A stretch of 64,000 bases of DNA from a virus, in the IMG/VR virus record IMGVR_UViG_3300018424_007835, positions 1-64,000 of that record; one strand, given 5' to 3'. The notes beneath the pieces were generated by a model. That model ran no database searches, was not told the DNA's origin, and worked only from the letters and a program-made list of their open reading frames with translations. This document shows, in pieces, positions 8,785-17,017 of this stretch; positions within the stretch are counted from its first letter, which is position 1, and each line of letters starts with the position of its first letter. The position numbers were made by a program, and so were the translations under genes.

Positions 8785-9003
8785 TTATTCCTGTTGGGCT
8801 GAGTTCCATAGGGCGGAACGCTCAGGACGGTATGTAGGTGCTACGGTTGCTGGAATAGGGGTTCCCCCATTAATTCGGGGAGCGCTTATAATTTTTTTGA
8901 CCCCAGCACCGCAGTCTGGGCAAGTGGTTAAAGTGTCGTCAAACATGCTTTGGAATACTTCAAAGACTCCGCAGACGGCACAAGAATAATCATACTTCGG
9001 CAT
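8785..9003 (-). CDS. FmdB-family zinc ribbon protein
   Basis: MPKYDYSCAVCG.FEVFQSM.....TCPDCG..VKKIISAP. Confidence 0.88.
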   Translation of the reverse strand: MPKYDYSCAVCGVFEVFQSMFDDTLTTCPDCGAGVKKIISAPRINGGTPIPATVAPTYRPERSALWNSAQQE

Positions 9004-9092
9004 GTTCATTAGTATATTACCTTTTGGTAGTCTTGGCAAGATCTATATTTGGTACCATATTGTTAAGTGCTGTTTTGCGATTGGGGGGGTTG

Positions 9093-10367
9093 GTGAAGCG
9101 AGGGGATTTTCTCAGGCGAGCGTCCAAAGCGACGTTTGTCTGTTTTTTGTTGTTAGCTTGGTTTGCTCCAGCTCAGGCGTGGGCGAACTCATACGTGGTC
9201 ACGGCTGAGGCTGACTGGTGGTTCACTGTTTCTGAAGAGTCTCTGGAGGTTGAGATTCTGGGAAATAGTAATGCGGCGTGCGCTGACTCCAATAGGTCCG
9301 ATCCGTATTTGTGGCTGTACAACGACGATACGGGCGAGCTGGTTGATTTCAATGATGACGGTGCGCATAATGAGGATGCTCAGTGCTTTTCTTCTCGGTT
9401 GTATGTTGTTTTGGGTGCCGGTACCTACCGGTTGAGGTCAGGGTACTATCCTGTTGAGCAGGGCGTAGGGTTTGAGGGGCCTGCCCCGTATGATTTAATT
9501 TCTTCCGTTGTGTTGCAAGGTGAAGACTTGGACCCTATTTCGCCGCCTGCAACGCAGCCTTTTGAGTCAGTTCCTAATGAAGAAATTGATGCCCCATCAA
9601 CTACAACAACGACAACTGTGCCAACGACAACCACCACAACAACTACGACGACTGTGCCGCCAACAACAACCGTGCTGCTGACCACAACTACCACTACTAC
9701 AACAACGACGTTGCCGCCGGTAACAACGACAACGGAAGCGCCACTATCATCAACAACTACTACTGCCACTCCCACAACCACGACTACAACAACTACAATA
9801 GCGCCTACGACCACTAGCACAACTACTACAACAACTACCCTGCCTACAACTACAACAACGGTGACAATTGCGTTGCCGCCAACCACCACGCAACCATCAG
9901 AAACAAATATTTTAACAGCTATTGATGTAAGTGATGAAGATGTAGTCTTGGCCGGGATTGATGAGGCGGAGATAAAAGTAATCGAAGTCCTTCAGGAAAT
10001 TGATTCCCATTTAGCAACTGAGTTTGCTCAGGTTGTTGACGGTGACGTTACCGTGGAGGATTTGCGAACGCTGTTAGAAGATGAGGGCTTTGAGGATTTA
10101 CCGCCTGCCGCAAAAGACTCTCTAGCGATAGCTCTGTCTGATGCCCCTGATGAGGTGAAAGAAGAGTTTGAGGAAACGATAAATATTTTCTATGATGGCT
10201 ATGACCATTACACTCCAACTGGGTCCCGGGTTAACGTCGAGACTCGTCGGACAGTCGTTGCGGTTGTGGCAGGTGCGGGAGCGGTGGCGGCAGCGGGCCA
10301 ATCTGGTGGGGTGGGTGGAATTGAAAATCATCTTAAAAGAAAAGCACAACACGGGGGGAACCGATGA
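9093..10367 (+). CDS. Secreted/membrane-anchored protein: signal peptide, PPC-like beta domain, Thr-rich linker, acidic helical region, C-terminal hydrophobic segment
   Basis: AQAWA signal cleavage site, DPYLWLY...NDDG motif, about 95-aa T/P-rich stretch, VVAVVAGAGAVAAA; start probably GTG 9093. Confidence 0.8.
   Translation: MKRGDFLRRASKATFVCFLLLAWFAPAQAWANSYVVTAEADWWFTVSEESLEVEILGNSNAACADSNRSDPYLWLYNDDTGELVDFNDDGAHNEDAQCFSSRLYVVLGAGTYRLRSGYYPVEQGVGFEGPAPYDLISSVVLQGEDLDPISPPATQPFESVPNEEIDAPSTTTTTTVPTTTTTTTTTTVPPTTTVLLTTTTTTTTTTLPPVTTTTEAPLSSTTTTATPTTTTTTTTIAPTTTSTTTTTTTLPTTTTTVTIALPPTTTQPSETNILTAIDVSDEDVVLAGIDEAEIKVIEVLQEIDSHLATEFAQVVDGDVTVEDLRTLLEDEGFEDLPPAAKDSLAIALSDAPDEVKEEFEETINIFYDGYDHYTPTGSRVNVETRRTVVAVVAGAGAVAAAGQSGGVGGIENHLKRKAQHGGNR
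9598..9893 (+). repeat. Low-complexity ACN codon run encoding a poly-Thr mucin-like linker
   Basis: Runs of ACA/ACT/ACC/ACG interrupted by Pro/Val codons. Confidence 0.9.
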
Positions 10368-10564
10368 AACTTTTAAAGCATATTAAGGGCATTGCTAAGT
10401 CAATGTTTAAGGAAATATTTTATTTGGGGTGGACGCTGGCAGGCACTGGACTTGTCTTAATTACGCTGTCGTCTTCAACCTTGACCTACGGTATTTGGAT
10501 TTCGGCCGCAGGGCTAGCGTTGCATTTAGTTAGCATTATGTTTGATTATTTCGATGGAGAATAA
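10364..10564 (+). CDS. Small two-TM membrane protein
   Basis: Two hydrophobic segments; ATGA-coupled to the previous gene. Confidence 0.7.
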   Translation: MKLLKHIKGIAKSMFKEIFYLGWTLAGTGLVLITLSSSTLTYGIWISAAGLALHLVSIMFDYFDGE

Positions 10565-10565
10565 A

Positions 10566-10820
10566 ATGGATGAGATTAACAAACTTATACTTAATACTGT
10601 AGGTAGAATTTTTGCTGTTTTTGTGATGAACGCTATGGCAATTATTGGAGGCTCCAGCCTTATTGGGGGAATTGATCCGTGGAAAGCGGCGTTCTTGGCA
10701 GGAGTAACAAGTTGCACAACTGTGCTGCAAAAGCTAGCCGCTGCTTACGCTGATGATGGTAAAATCACTGCGGACGAAATTGATTCTGCTTTTGCTTTAG
10801 GTCAGCATAAAAAGTCCTAG
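10566..10820 (+). CDS. Holin-like membrane protein
   Basis: Two TM segments and a DDGKITADEID tail; GGAG RBS before ATG 10566. Confidence 0.6.
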   Translation: MDEINKLILNTVGRIFAVFVMNAMAIIGGSSLIGGIDPWKAAFLAGVTSCTTVLQKLAAAYADDGKITADEIDSAFALGQHKKS

Positions 10821-10934
10821 TTGGGTTTACATATTTGTACTGCTGGGCGTGCCGGGCATATGTGGTAGACTAAATATAGGCGACAGGGCAACCTTCCTGT
10901 TGCCTGTATTTATCCCCTAACAAGGAGAAGAAAT

Positions 10935-11132
10935 ATGGATGTTACCATCTATAAGCAGGTAGCTGAGCGGGCGCTCATGACTTTCGCACAGACATTTCTG
11001 GCGATGTTCGTTGTGACTGACCTTACTTCAGCAAAGGGTGCCCTTACGGCGGCGGCCGCTGCAGGACTTTCTGTAGTGAAGTCGTTTGCTGCCACTAAGA
11101 TTGGCGATCCTTCTACCGCATCTGTCGTATAA
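10935..11132 (+). CDS. r1t-like holin
   Basis: ERALMTFAQTFLA...AAAAGLSVVKS...GDP pattern of actinophage r1t holins; AAGGAG RBS. Confidence 0.8.
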   Translation: MDVTIYKQVAERALMTFAQTFLAMFVVTDLTSAKGALTAAAAAGLSVVKSFAATKIGDPSTASVV

Positions 11133-11182
11133 TTTTTTACGCATCCCTTGCATGAGGTAGGGAAGTGTGCTATTATATGACT

Positions 11183-11272
11183 GTTAGGGGGTAAGTCTTT
11201 TCCGCTCCGTTGTGACTTCCCTACTAACGAGGAAGACCCCGGTCACTTAGGTGGCTGGGGTTCTTTCTTTTT
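11183..11272 (+). ncRNA. Candidate ~90-nt sRNA (hairpin with CUCC loop plus intrinsic terminator)
   Basis: TTGCAT (11148), 17 nt, TATTAT (11171); stem GUUAG..AAGUC/GACUU..CUAAC; terminator ACCCCGGUCAC-UUAG-GUGGCUGGGGU plus U tract. Confidence 0.6.
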
Positions 11273-11548
11273 CTTGCGGCGGGCGGGGATATGCTTAAGG
11301 CGATCAGGGCGAACGGCTACCCACTGCTCTCGCCCGTATGCGCCGCCCCACAGATCCACCCACTCGTTGTCTTCGGGCAGATTAGTGTTTGTGGTATGCC
11401 CGTGGAACGTGAAGGTGCCCTGCTGGCCTTTGATGCGGCACTTGTCACCCTTATTTAGAATGACTTGGGGTGAGAGTTGGTAGCTGTCGCTTTCTACCCA
11501 CCCTGGCTTACCTTCCCACTTGCTGGGTTTGATGGTTTTGCGTGTCAT
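11243..11548 (-). CDS. Hypothetical protein (SH3/KOW-like, actinophage type)
   Basis: L.KGDKCRIKGQQGTFTF...EWVDLWGG; leaderless TATACT upstream. Confidence 0.7.
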   Translation of the reverse strand: MTRKTIKPSKWEGKPGWVESDSYQLSPQVILNKGDKCRIKGQQGTFTFHGHTTNTNLPEDNEWVDLWGGAYGREQWVAVRPDRLKHIPARRKKKKEPQPPK

Positions 11549-11581
11549 GTTTACAAGTATACCACATAGGTGGGACAGTTG

Positions 11582-12556
11582 TTACATTTGTGCGTAGATC
11601 TTATCTGCGATCTCTTCACGGACATTGGGGTTGTCGTCTAGGTAGGCTTTGGTGTTTACCCGGCCTTGACCAATGTTTTCACCGCTGTATGCAAACCATG
11701 CGCCCTTCTTGTCGATGATTCCCATATCCACGCCGATGTCTACAATGTCACCTGTTCTGGAGATTCCTTCGCCGTAAGCGATTTCAAACTCTGCCTGGCG
11801 GTGAGGGGGAGCGACCTTGTTCTTCACAACTTTCACTCGGACTTTGTTTCCCATAGCTTCGCCGTCGGTTTTGAGGGTTTCGATTCTCCTAATGTCCAAC
11901 CGTACAGAGGCGTAGAACTTTAGAGCCTTGCCTCCGGTTGTCACCTCAGGGCTGCCGAACATGACACCAATCTTCTCCCTAAGCTGATTGATCATAATCA
12001 GAATGGTCTTAGAGTGATTTAGGTTGGCAACAATCTTTCGCATCGCCTGAGACATAAGACGGGCGTGTAGTCCGACGTGGCTGTCTCCCATCTCGCCGTC
12101 AATTTCTGCACGAGGAGTTAGAGCCGCAACAGAGTCCACGACTACAACGTCTAGGGCACCTGATTCAATTAGACGGTTTGTGATTGTCAGTGCTTGTTCT
12201 CCGGTGTCCGGTTGGGATACGAGTAGGTTGTCTACGTCGCATCCGATTGCCCTAGCGTACACTGGATCTAGTGCGTGCTCTGCGTCAATAAAGGCACATT
12301 GGCCACCTGCCTTCTGGGCGGCAGCGATAACGTGCAGCGCAATCGTTGTTTTTCCGCTGGACTCGGGTCCGTAGATTTCTGTGACTCTGCCTTTGGGTAG
12401 CCCACCAACGCCGAGGGCTAGGTCTAGGGCGATTGAGCCGGTGGAGATGGTTTCGATCTGCATTGTGGCGTTGTCGCCAAGGCGCATGATGGAGCCTGTG
12501 CCAAACTGTTTTTCAATTTGGCCTATTGCGTCTTCTAGAAGTTTATTCTTGTCCAT
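11582..12556 (-). CDS. recA: Recombinase A (bacterial type)
   Basis: [52 protein letters not shown]. Confidence 0.98.
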   Translation of the reverse strand: MDKNKLLEDAIGQIEKQFGTGSIMRLGDNATMQIETISTGSIALDLALGVGGLPKGRVTEIYGPESSGKTTIALHVIAAAQKAGGQCAFIDAEHALDPVYARAIGCDVDNLLVSQPDTGEQALTITNRLIESGALDVVVVDSVAALTPRAEIDGEMGDSHVGLHARLMSQAMRKIVANLNHSKTILIMINQLREKIGVMFGSPEVTTGGKALKFYASVRLDIRRIETLKTDGEAMGNKVRVKVVKNKVAPPHRQAEFEIAYGEGISRTGDIVDIGVDMGIIDKKGAWFAYSGENIGQGRVNTKAYLDDNPNVREEIADKIYAQM

Positions 12557-12562
12557 CTTCGT

Positions 12563-12591
12563 ATTCTAGCTTCTTGGTTGCCCGTAGTCAA
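12563..12591 (-). promoter_or_regulatory. Leaderless sigma70-type promoter of recA
   Basis: TTGACT (12591-12586), 17 nt, TAGAAT (12568-12563), 6 nt before the ATG. Confidence 0.75.
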
Positions 12592-12613
12592 GCCTGTGAA
12601 CTATAATATGTTT

Positions 12614-12979
12614 ATGGCAAATAAACGTGGTCCCAAGCGGACGGTTAAGGCGTCCATTCGTGTTGGCGAGTGGGGAGGTACGGGCTGGCAGCTGGAGTTA
12701 GAGTGTGGGCATGTTGTGCCGTCAGACCGCCGGGCTGTTGTGGGAGAGACACGGGTATGTTGTAAAATCTGCGCTACGCCAGACACACCGCAGCGATTAG
12801 TGGAGGTTTTGAGCGACTGGGAGAACGGATGGGAACCCTGGGACCCTACTGCTGAGATAAAGATGAAAGCAAAACTAGCGTCACTTGTTGGTGTGCCACT
12901 TGATCAAGTTGAGATCAACAATGGCACTGCCACTATCTTTGTGGATGCACAGCAGCTTAAGCGGATAATGGCCAACTAG
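12614..12979 (+). CDS. Hypothetical protein with putative Zn ligands (CGH...CKIC)
   Basis: TATAAT 6 nt before ATG 12614; divergent from recA. Confidence 0.65.
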   Translation: MANKRGPKRTVKASIRVGEWGGTGWQLELECGHVVPSDRRAVVGETRVCCKICATPDTPQRLVEVLSDWENGWEPWDPTAEIKMKAKLASLVGVPLDQVEINNGTATIFVDAQQLKRIMAN

Positions 12980-13584
12980 CGACAGTTGATAAAGTTTTCT
13001 CTGTGCCGCCGATAAAATAGCAGGCCCTGCCGCACTTGTGTGACCGTGGCACCAAGCGCCAACATTCCATTCCACAGACTCAAGTCTTCGGCCCCGGCGT
13101 TACCCTCAAGGAAATTATGGTGTCGTTTGTAGCCAACTTTTTGGGCTAGGGCCGTTTTGTACATCATTGATCCATGATGACCTTTTCTTTCCCAGTACAA
13201 GTCTCCGTTTGTTGGGGTTGTGGGTACGGGATGATTTTTCTTAAACTCTCCCGTAATAATGATGTCGTATGTGACAATGTCAGTGCTGTGTTGAGTTAAG
13301 GTTTCGACTGTGTCAGATCGTAACCAGTTATCCGCCCCAATAAACATTGTGTATTCAGTGTCTACTTTCATAAGCATGTCTTGGAAGTTGTCAGCGGTCC
13401 CTAGGTTTTCTTCCCTTAGGGTGTACTCAACCTCTGGATAAACTTTTGGTAAGTGGGCGCAGTCGCCGACCCCGTCATCAACAAAAAGAATTTTTTCTGG
13501 TTTAACGGTTTGTGATAACAGGCTTTCAATGCAGTGCGCAGCAAGATGCCCGTAATAATACGAGGCTACTACAACTGTTAGCAT
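12976..13584 (-). CDS. GT2-family glycosyltransferase
   Basis: LTVVVASYYYG, FVDDG, ENLG, GADN (DxD-like), AEDLSLW, FYRRH. Confidence 0.9.
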   Translation of the reverse strand: MLTVVVASYYYGHLAAHCIESLLSQTVKPEKILFVDDGVGDCAHLPKVYPEVEYTLREENLGTADNFQDMLMKVDTEYTMFIGADNWLRSDTVETLTQHSTDIVTYDIIITGEFKKNHPVPTTPTNGDLYWERKGHHGSMMYKTALAQKVGYKRHHNFLEGNAGAEDLSLWNGMLALGATVTQVRQGLLFYRRHRENFINCR

Positions 13585-14312
13585 TATGGAATCCTTTCTG
13601 GGTTTATCTGATGTATAACTTTTCCGTCAACAAGATACTCAGGGTAGTCTAGCACGCTGGCTGACTTGCAAAAGCCATTCATGTAGGTCATTCGTGAGTT
13701 TCCTGAGGTGTTTTCTTCGCTTCCGTGTATAATGTTTACCGACCATAACATCACTGAACCACGGGTTGCTGTGTACTTTGTTCCGTAGAGGTTCTGCCTG
13801 TTGAATTGGCGAAGGTTTTTAGGGACTGGGAAGATTGGCCACATGTGTGAGCCTTCGATAAACTCTACAGCGCCGTTACTTGGGGTGATGTCATCTACCG
13901 CAATAATTGTCTGCAAGTAATCGGAGGATATAGATGCCGTAAAAACACCGCTTTCCCGAAATATAGTGTCTCGGTGCCAGGCGAATGTATCTAAGTCTTC
14001 AGCTTCCCTAAAGTAAACTTGATTATTAATCTGGCGGACATTGTCCCCTAAGAAACTTTGTACAATATCAACCATTCTCTGGTCAATTCTGTACTTGTTT
14101 AAGATTGGGTTTGCTAGCGCCGGGAAAAAGATTAATGACTTTTTGTTGTAAGCTTGCTCGCTAGGAATGTGGGGGTAGCCAGAATTTGCTATTTGTTCGT
14201 CGGTTGTGGCATATGCGGCAGCCTTCATTTCGTCGCACTCATCCGCTGTGAATACGTCAGGTATCGTTGTGACACCTTTTATGTCTAGTTCTTCTTTATG
14301 CGAATGGTACAT
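13584..14312 (-). CDS. PhyH-family 2OG-Fe(II) dioxygenase
   Basis: AWHRD (HxD), NGAVEFIEGSH, IIHGS..N.....R; likely start ATG 14312. Confidence 0.88.
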   Translation of the reverse strand: MYHSHKEELDIKGVTTIPDVFTADECDEMKAAAYATTDEQIANSGYPHIPSEQAYNKKSLIFFPALANPILNKYRIDQRMVDIVQSFLGDNVRQINNQVYFREAEDLDTFAWHRDTIFRESGVFTASISSDYLQTIIAVDDITPSNGAVEFIEGSHMWPIFPVPKNLRQFNRQNLYGTKYTATRGSVMLWSVNIIHGSEENTSGNSRMTYMNGFCKSASVLDYPEYLVDGKVIHQINPERIP

Positions 14313-14817
14313 AGTTGCTATACAGTTTGAAGTTTGCGTCTGGGTGACTTCCTTCTGCCACACCCTGTGTAACAGAATAGGCTTTTTCGTAACCAGCTTT
14401 TTTGACTAGCTCCACAACTCTGTCGTCGTAGTCCCCGTAGGGGTAGCGTAAATACTTTGTTGGGAAGGGGGCAGTGATTTCTTGAATAATTTCACGGTCA
14501 CTCAGAAGGGGTAACGACGTGTGTGACCATGTGTGCCAGCCAATTTCAAAGTCGTACATTGCACACAGGGATTTAACCTCAGTGAGTGTACAGTATCGCT
14601 CTAGCTTGGGTACCATGTGTAGATCAAAGGTGTTATCTTTACCCATGAAGTTTCCCATTACAAACATAATCCCTGATTTGCCCTTTAGTACATCATGGTT
14701 GTCTAGAACGTTTCGGTAGACTCCGTCAAAGCCAATGGGTTCGTCGCACGCCAGGATCTGTGCCCTGGTGTGGTAGTTAGAGTGGTGTGTGTCTCCGATA
14801 TTGTGTGCAAGTCTCAT
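14296..14817 (-). CDS. NodB-type polysaccharide deacetylase
   Basis: GFDG, EIGWHTWSH, RYPYGDY, GYEKAYS; likely start ATG 14817 (ATGA overlap). Confidence 0.85.
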   Translation of the reverse strand: MRLAHNIGDTHHSNYHTRAQILACDEPIGFDGVYRNVLDNHDVLKGKSGIMFVMGNFMGKDNTFDLHMVPKLERYCTLTEVKSLCAMYDFEIGWHTWSHTSLPLLSDREIIQEITAPFPTKYLRYPYGDYDDRVVELVKKAGYEKAYSVTQGVAEGSHPDANFKLYSNYVPFA

Positions 14818-15302
14818 TGGTACTCCCATACGGTTATGTTGTGAACGTACTCTCTGTATAGGATATCGAAGCTCCGTATTGGGTTCCCGAACGTGTATGG
14901 TTGTAGCCACGATGATATGCCTGCAATGAATACGGTTGTTCCAGTTGTGCAGGCATCGTGGATGTTCTGGGCTATTGCCGCATGGTCATACTGTGGGTAA
15001 AGCAGCCCAGTTGCCATGACGAAATCGTAGTGACCTTCGGGGGCCAGTACCCGCCTTACGTTGGGCGGTAGTCTAGAGGAGGCGTTGTCGCTTACTTCAA
15101 GTGCATGGATCTCGGGGGCTGGCAGGTCTTTGGTTATCCACCCTTCGCCTGCACCTATGTCTAAGGCCTTGTTAAAGTTAGGGCCAACGTCCTCCACTAT
15201 AGCTAGGTAGAAGGACTTCCTGTACTGGTCTTCCGGGTCCTTTTGGTAGTTCCAGGGGTCCGCCTGCTCGTACCATTGTTCTAGTTCGTGTAGAGGTTGC
15301 AT
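14814..15302 (-). CDS. NodS-like SAM-dependent methyltransferase
   Basis: YEQADPWNY N-terminal motif, ALDIGAGEG motif I, YDFVMATGLLY. Confidence 0.82.
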   Translation of the reverse strand: MQPLHELEQWYEQADPWNYQKDPEDQYRKSFYLAIVEDVGPNFNKALDIGAGEGWITKDLPAPEIHALEVSDNASSRLPPNVRRVLAPEGHYDFVMATGLLYPQYDHAAIAQNIHDACTTGTTVFIAGISSWLQPYTFGNPIRSFDILYREYVHNITVWEYQ

Positions 15303-15319
15303 CGTTATATGCTACCTGG

Positions 15320-15765
15320 TTCTTGGTGTGTTTGGCAACTAGTCACCCACCCTTTCGTGTGGTAGTAGTTGACGCTACTTACACGAAAGCTCAGGCTGTA
15401 CCCGCTCTAGTATTATTAGATCCCCTGCATCATCGACCCCAAGCATCCCCTATTTTTTCAGGAATGCCCACTCTCCCCAGATATGGCTCTGGATGCCCGT
15501 GTGCCGGAACCGCATGGGCGTTTGCTAGTTCCGAACCTATCTCCTCAAGTCCTAGTGTTCAGCGTGCAGGGACTGGGACCCCGTCAAGGGTGTTGTTCCA
15601 GTGTATCGTGCGATCCATACCGTCACTCTTTGGGTAGGCGTGCCCGTCGTGTCTCTTTCTCACCAGTTGCGTAACGAGTGTGACCCTCCGGTCCATCAGC
15701 AGTTCTTTATGTCATCGGGATTCCCCGGTTGCGTTGCGTTGCGGTGCGCTCCTTTTGTTGGTTTG
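15320..15765 (-). ncRNA. Candidate large structured non-coding RNA (~450 nt)
   Basis: Consensus promoter at 15800-15772, no credible ORF, nested long-range helices and at least five local hairpins (see findings). Confidence 0.55.
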
Positions 15766-15771
15766 CTGGGT

Positions 15772-15800
15772 ATTCTAGTGGGTTTAGGGCGGGGTGTCAA
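15772..15800 (-). promoter_or_regulatory. Consensus sigma70 promoter
   Basis: TTGACA (15800-15795), 17 nt, TAGAAT (15777-15772). Confidence 0.85.
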
Positions 15801-15828
15801 TGCCTGTTTTGGGTTGTTTGCTTGACAA

Positions 15829-15844
15829 ATAGTCTTTAGACTAT
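15829..15844. promoter_or_regulatory. Palindromic operator candidate over the whiB -10 box
   Basis: ATAGTCT-TT-AGACTAT perfect inverted repeat containing TAGACT. Confidence 0.5.
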
Positions 15845-15867
15845 GTGAAGCAACGAAAGGAAGCAAC

Positions 15868-16101
15868 GTGTTTAATGAAATTAAGGCACCTGCATGGTAT
15901 CGTACTGCTCCTTGTCGTGGACAGGATCGTTTGTTTTTCTCGGCTAAGCCGTCAAAGCGTAAGGCGGCTGTCCGCATTTGTGTGTTAGAGTGTGAACATA
16001 CTGAGGAGTGTTTGGGTATTGCAGTATCCGCTAAGCTTATTGACGGGGTTTGGGGCGGAAAGACGGGGCCAGAAATTGAACGAATAGTTGAGATTACGTG
16101 A
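15868..16101 (+). CDS. whiB: WhiB-family Fe-S transcription factor
   Basis: W...APC...FF...AVRIC..C.....C...GVWGG. Confidence 0.93.
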   Translation: MFNEIKAPAWYRTAPCRGQDRLFFSAKPSKRKAAVRICVLECEHTEECLGIAVSAKLIDGVWGGKTGPEIERIVEIT

Positions 16102-16466
16102 TTGAGTTCGATGATTTGGCAGATGATGTAATTGGTGTACTGCGTCGGGGGTTGATGGAAGTAGTCTTTTTTGTTGTACCTGCTTCCGCAATTGAGGGAA
16201 AAGATTTCGAGCTGCTTGTTTGGACCGACTCCACGGTTAGTATTGGGGTGTCTGCGGATTATTTAGACGGACCACTTAGGGACATGGTTGCTGAAGCCAT
16301 TCTTGAAAGAGACCACGGGTCGTCGGCTTCGTGGGAAGAGCATGCAATGGAGTTGTTCGTTATGCATTTGAGTGACATTTTGAATGAAGTTATGCATAGG
16401 AGTTTTGACAAGTGGTCGTATTTAAACCTTGATTCTGGATTAAAGCGGATTTTAGGGGAGCATTGA
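16098..16466 (+). CDS. Hypothetical protein
   Basis: GTGA-coupled to whiB; acidic ORF. Confidence 0.7.
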   Translation: MIEFDDLADDVIGVLRRGLMEVVFFVVPASAIEGKDFELLVWTDSTVSIGVSADYLDGPLRDMVAEAILERDHGSSASWEEHAMELFVMHLSDILNEVMHRSFDKWSYLNLDSGLKRILGEH

Positions 16467-16522
16467 CTTAGATCGGTCAGCATGATAAACTATGGTATTG
16501 CTACTATTTACTAGGGAGATAT

Positions 16523-17017
16523 ATGGCTGATCGAACATTGCAGCACATAGATACAGTTACCGATCTTTTACTTGAACTACGGTTACTGCTTGGCACTCTC
16601 CCTTCTAGCTCTACTGATGAGGAGCTTCTTGAAGTTGCAGGAGCCCTTCATCATGTCAAAAGTATTGCGACTCAAACATTCAGTGAGTTTCAGACGATAG
16701 TGGCAGAATCCATTGACGCTTCCGCTCCTGTAGAAATATCTACGGGTACCATTGAAGTTAAGTCTGGGGCACCTCGTAAATCGTGGGATCATAGCCGACT
16801 TGCCGCTGAGGTTGGGCGTCGTGTTGCAGATAGGAATATGAACATTGACTCTGGGGAAATGAGTTTGTCTCCGCAGGAGCTTATTCAACAGGTTCTGGAG
16901 TTTGTTGGTCTTTCGTATTGGAAGGTAGGTAAGTTGAAGGAGCTTCACATTGATGCGGATGATTTTTGTGAAGTTGGAGAATCCAAGAAAAATCTTGTTG
17001 TAAGGAGAGATGTATGA
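16523..17017 (+). CDS. Hypothetical protein in the recombination operon
   Basis: GGGAG RBS; coupled to the Rad52-like gene. Confidence 0.75.
   Translation: MADRTLQHIDTVTDLLLELRLLLGTLPSSSTDEELLEVAGALHHVKSIATQTFSEFQTIVAESIDASAPVEISTGTIEVKSGAPRKSWDHSRLAAEVGRRVADRNMNIDSGEMSLSPQELIQQVLEFVGLSYWKVGKLKELHIDADDFCEVGESKKNLVVRRDV

Noticed and set aside
9446-9889. Poly-Val ORF on the minus strand
   Set aside because: Antisense mirror of the poly-Thr linker
9598-9893. Possible CRISPR or tandem array
   Set aside because: Degenerate ACN codons with no fixed repeat-spacer structure. I saw no CRISPR array in the window.
11582-12556. Window being a bacterial chromosome because of recA, ssb, tdk and ferredoxin
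   Set aside because: These genes are interspersed with phage-type genes and a complete head/neck/sheath module, with no bacterial operon context
15323-15977. ORF-track proteins in the 15.3-15.9 kb gap
   Set aside because: No RBS, atypical composition, mutually overlapping, and they cross promoters. A non-coding interpretation fits better.
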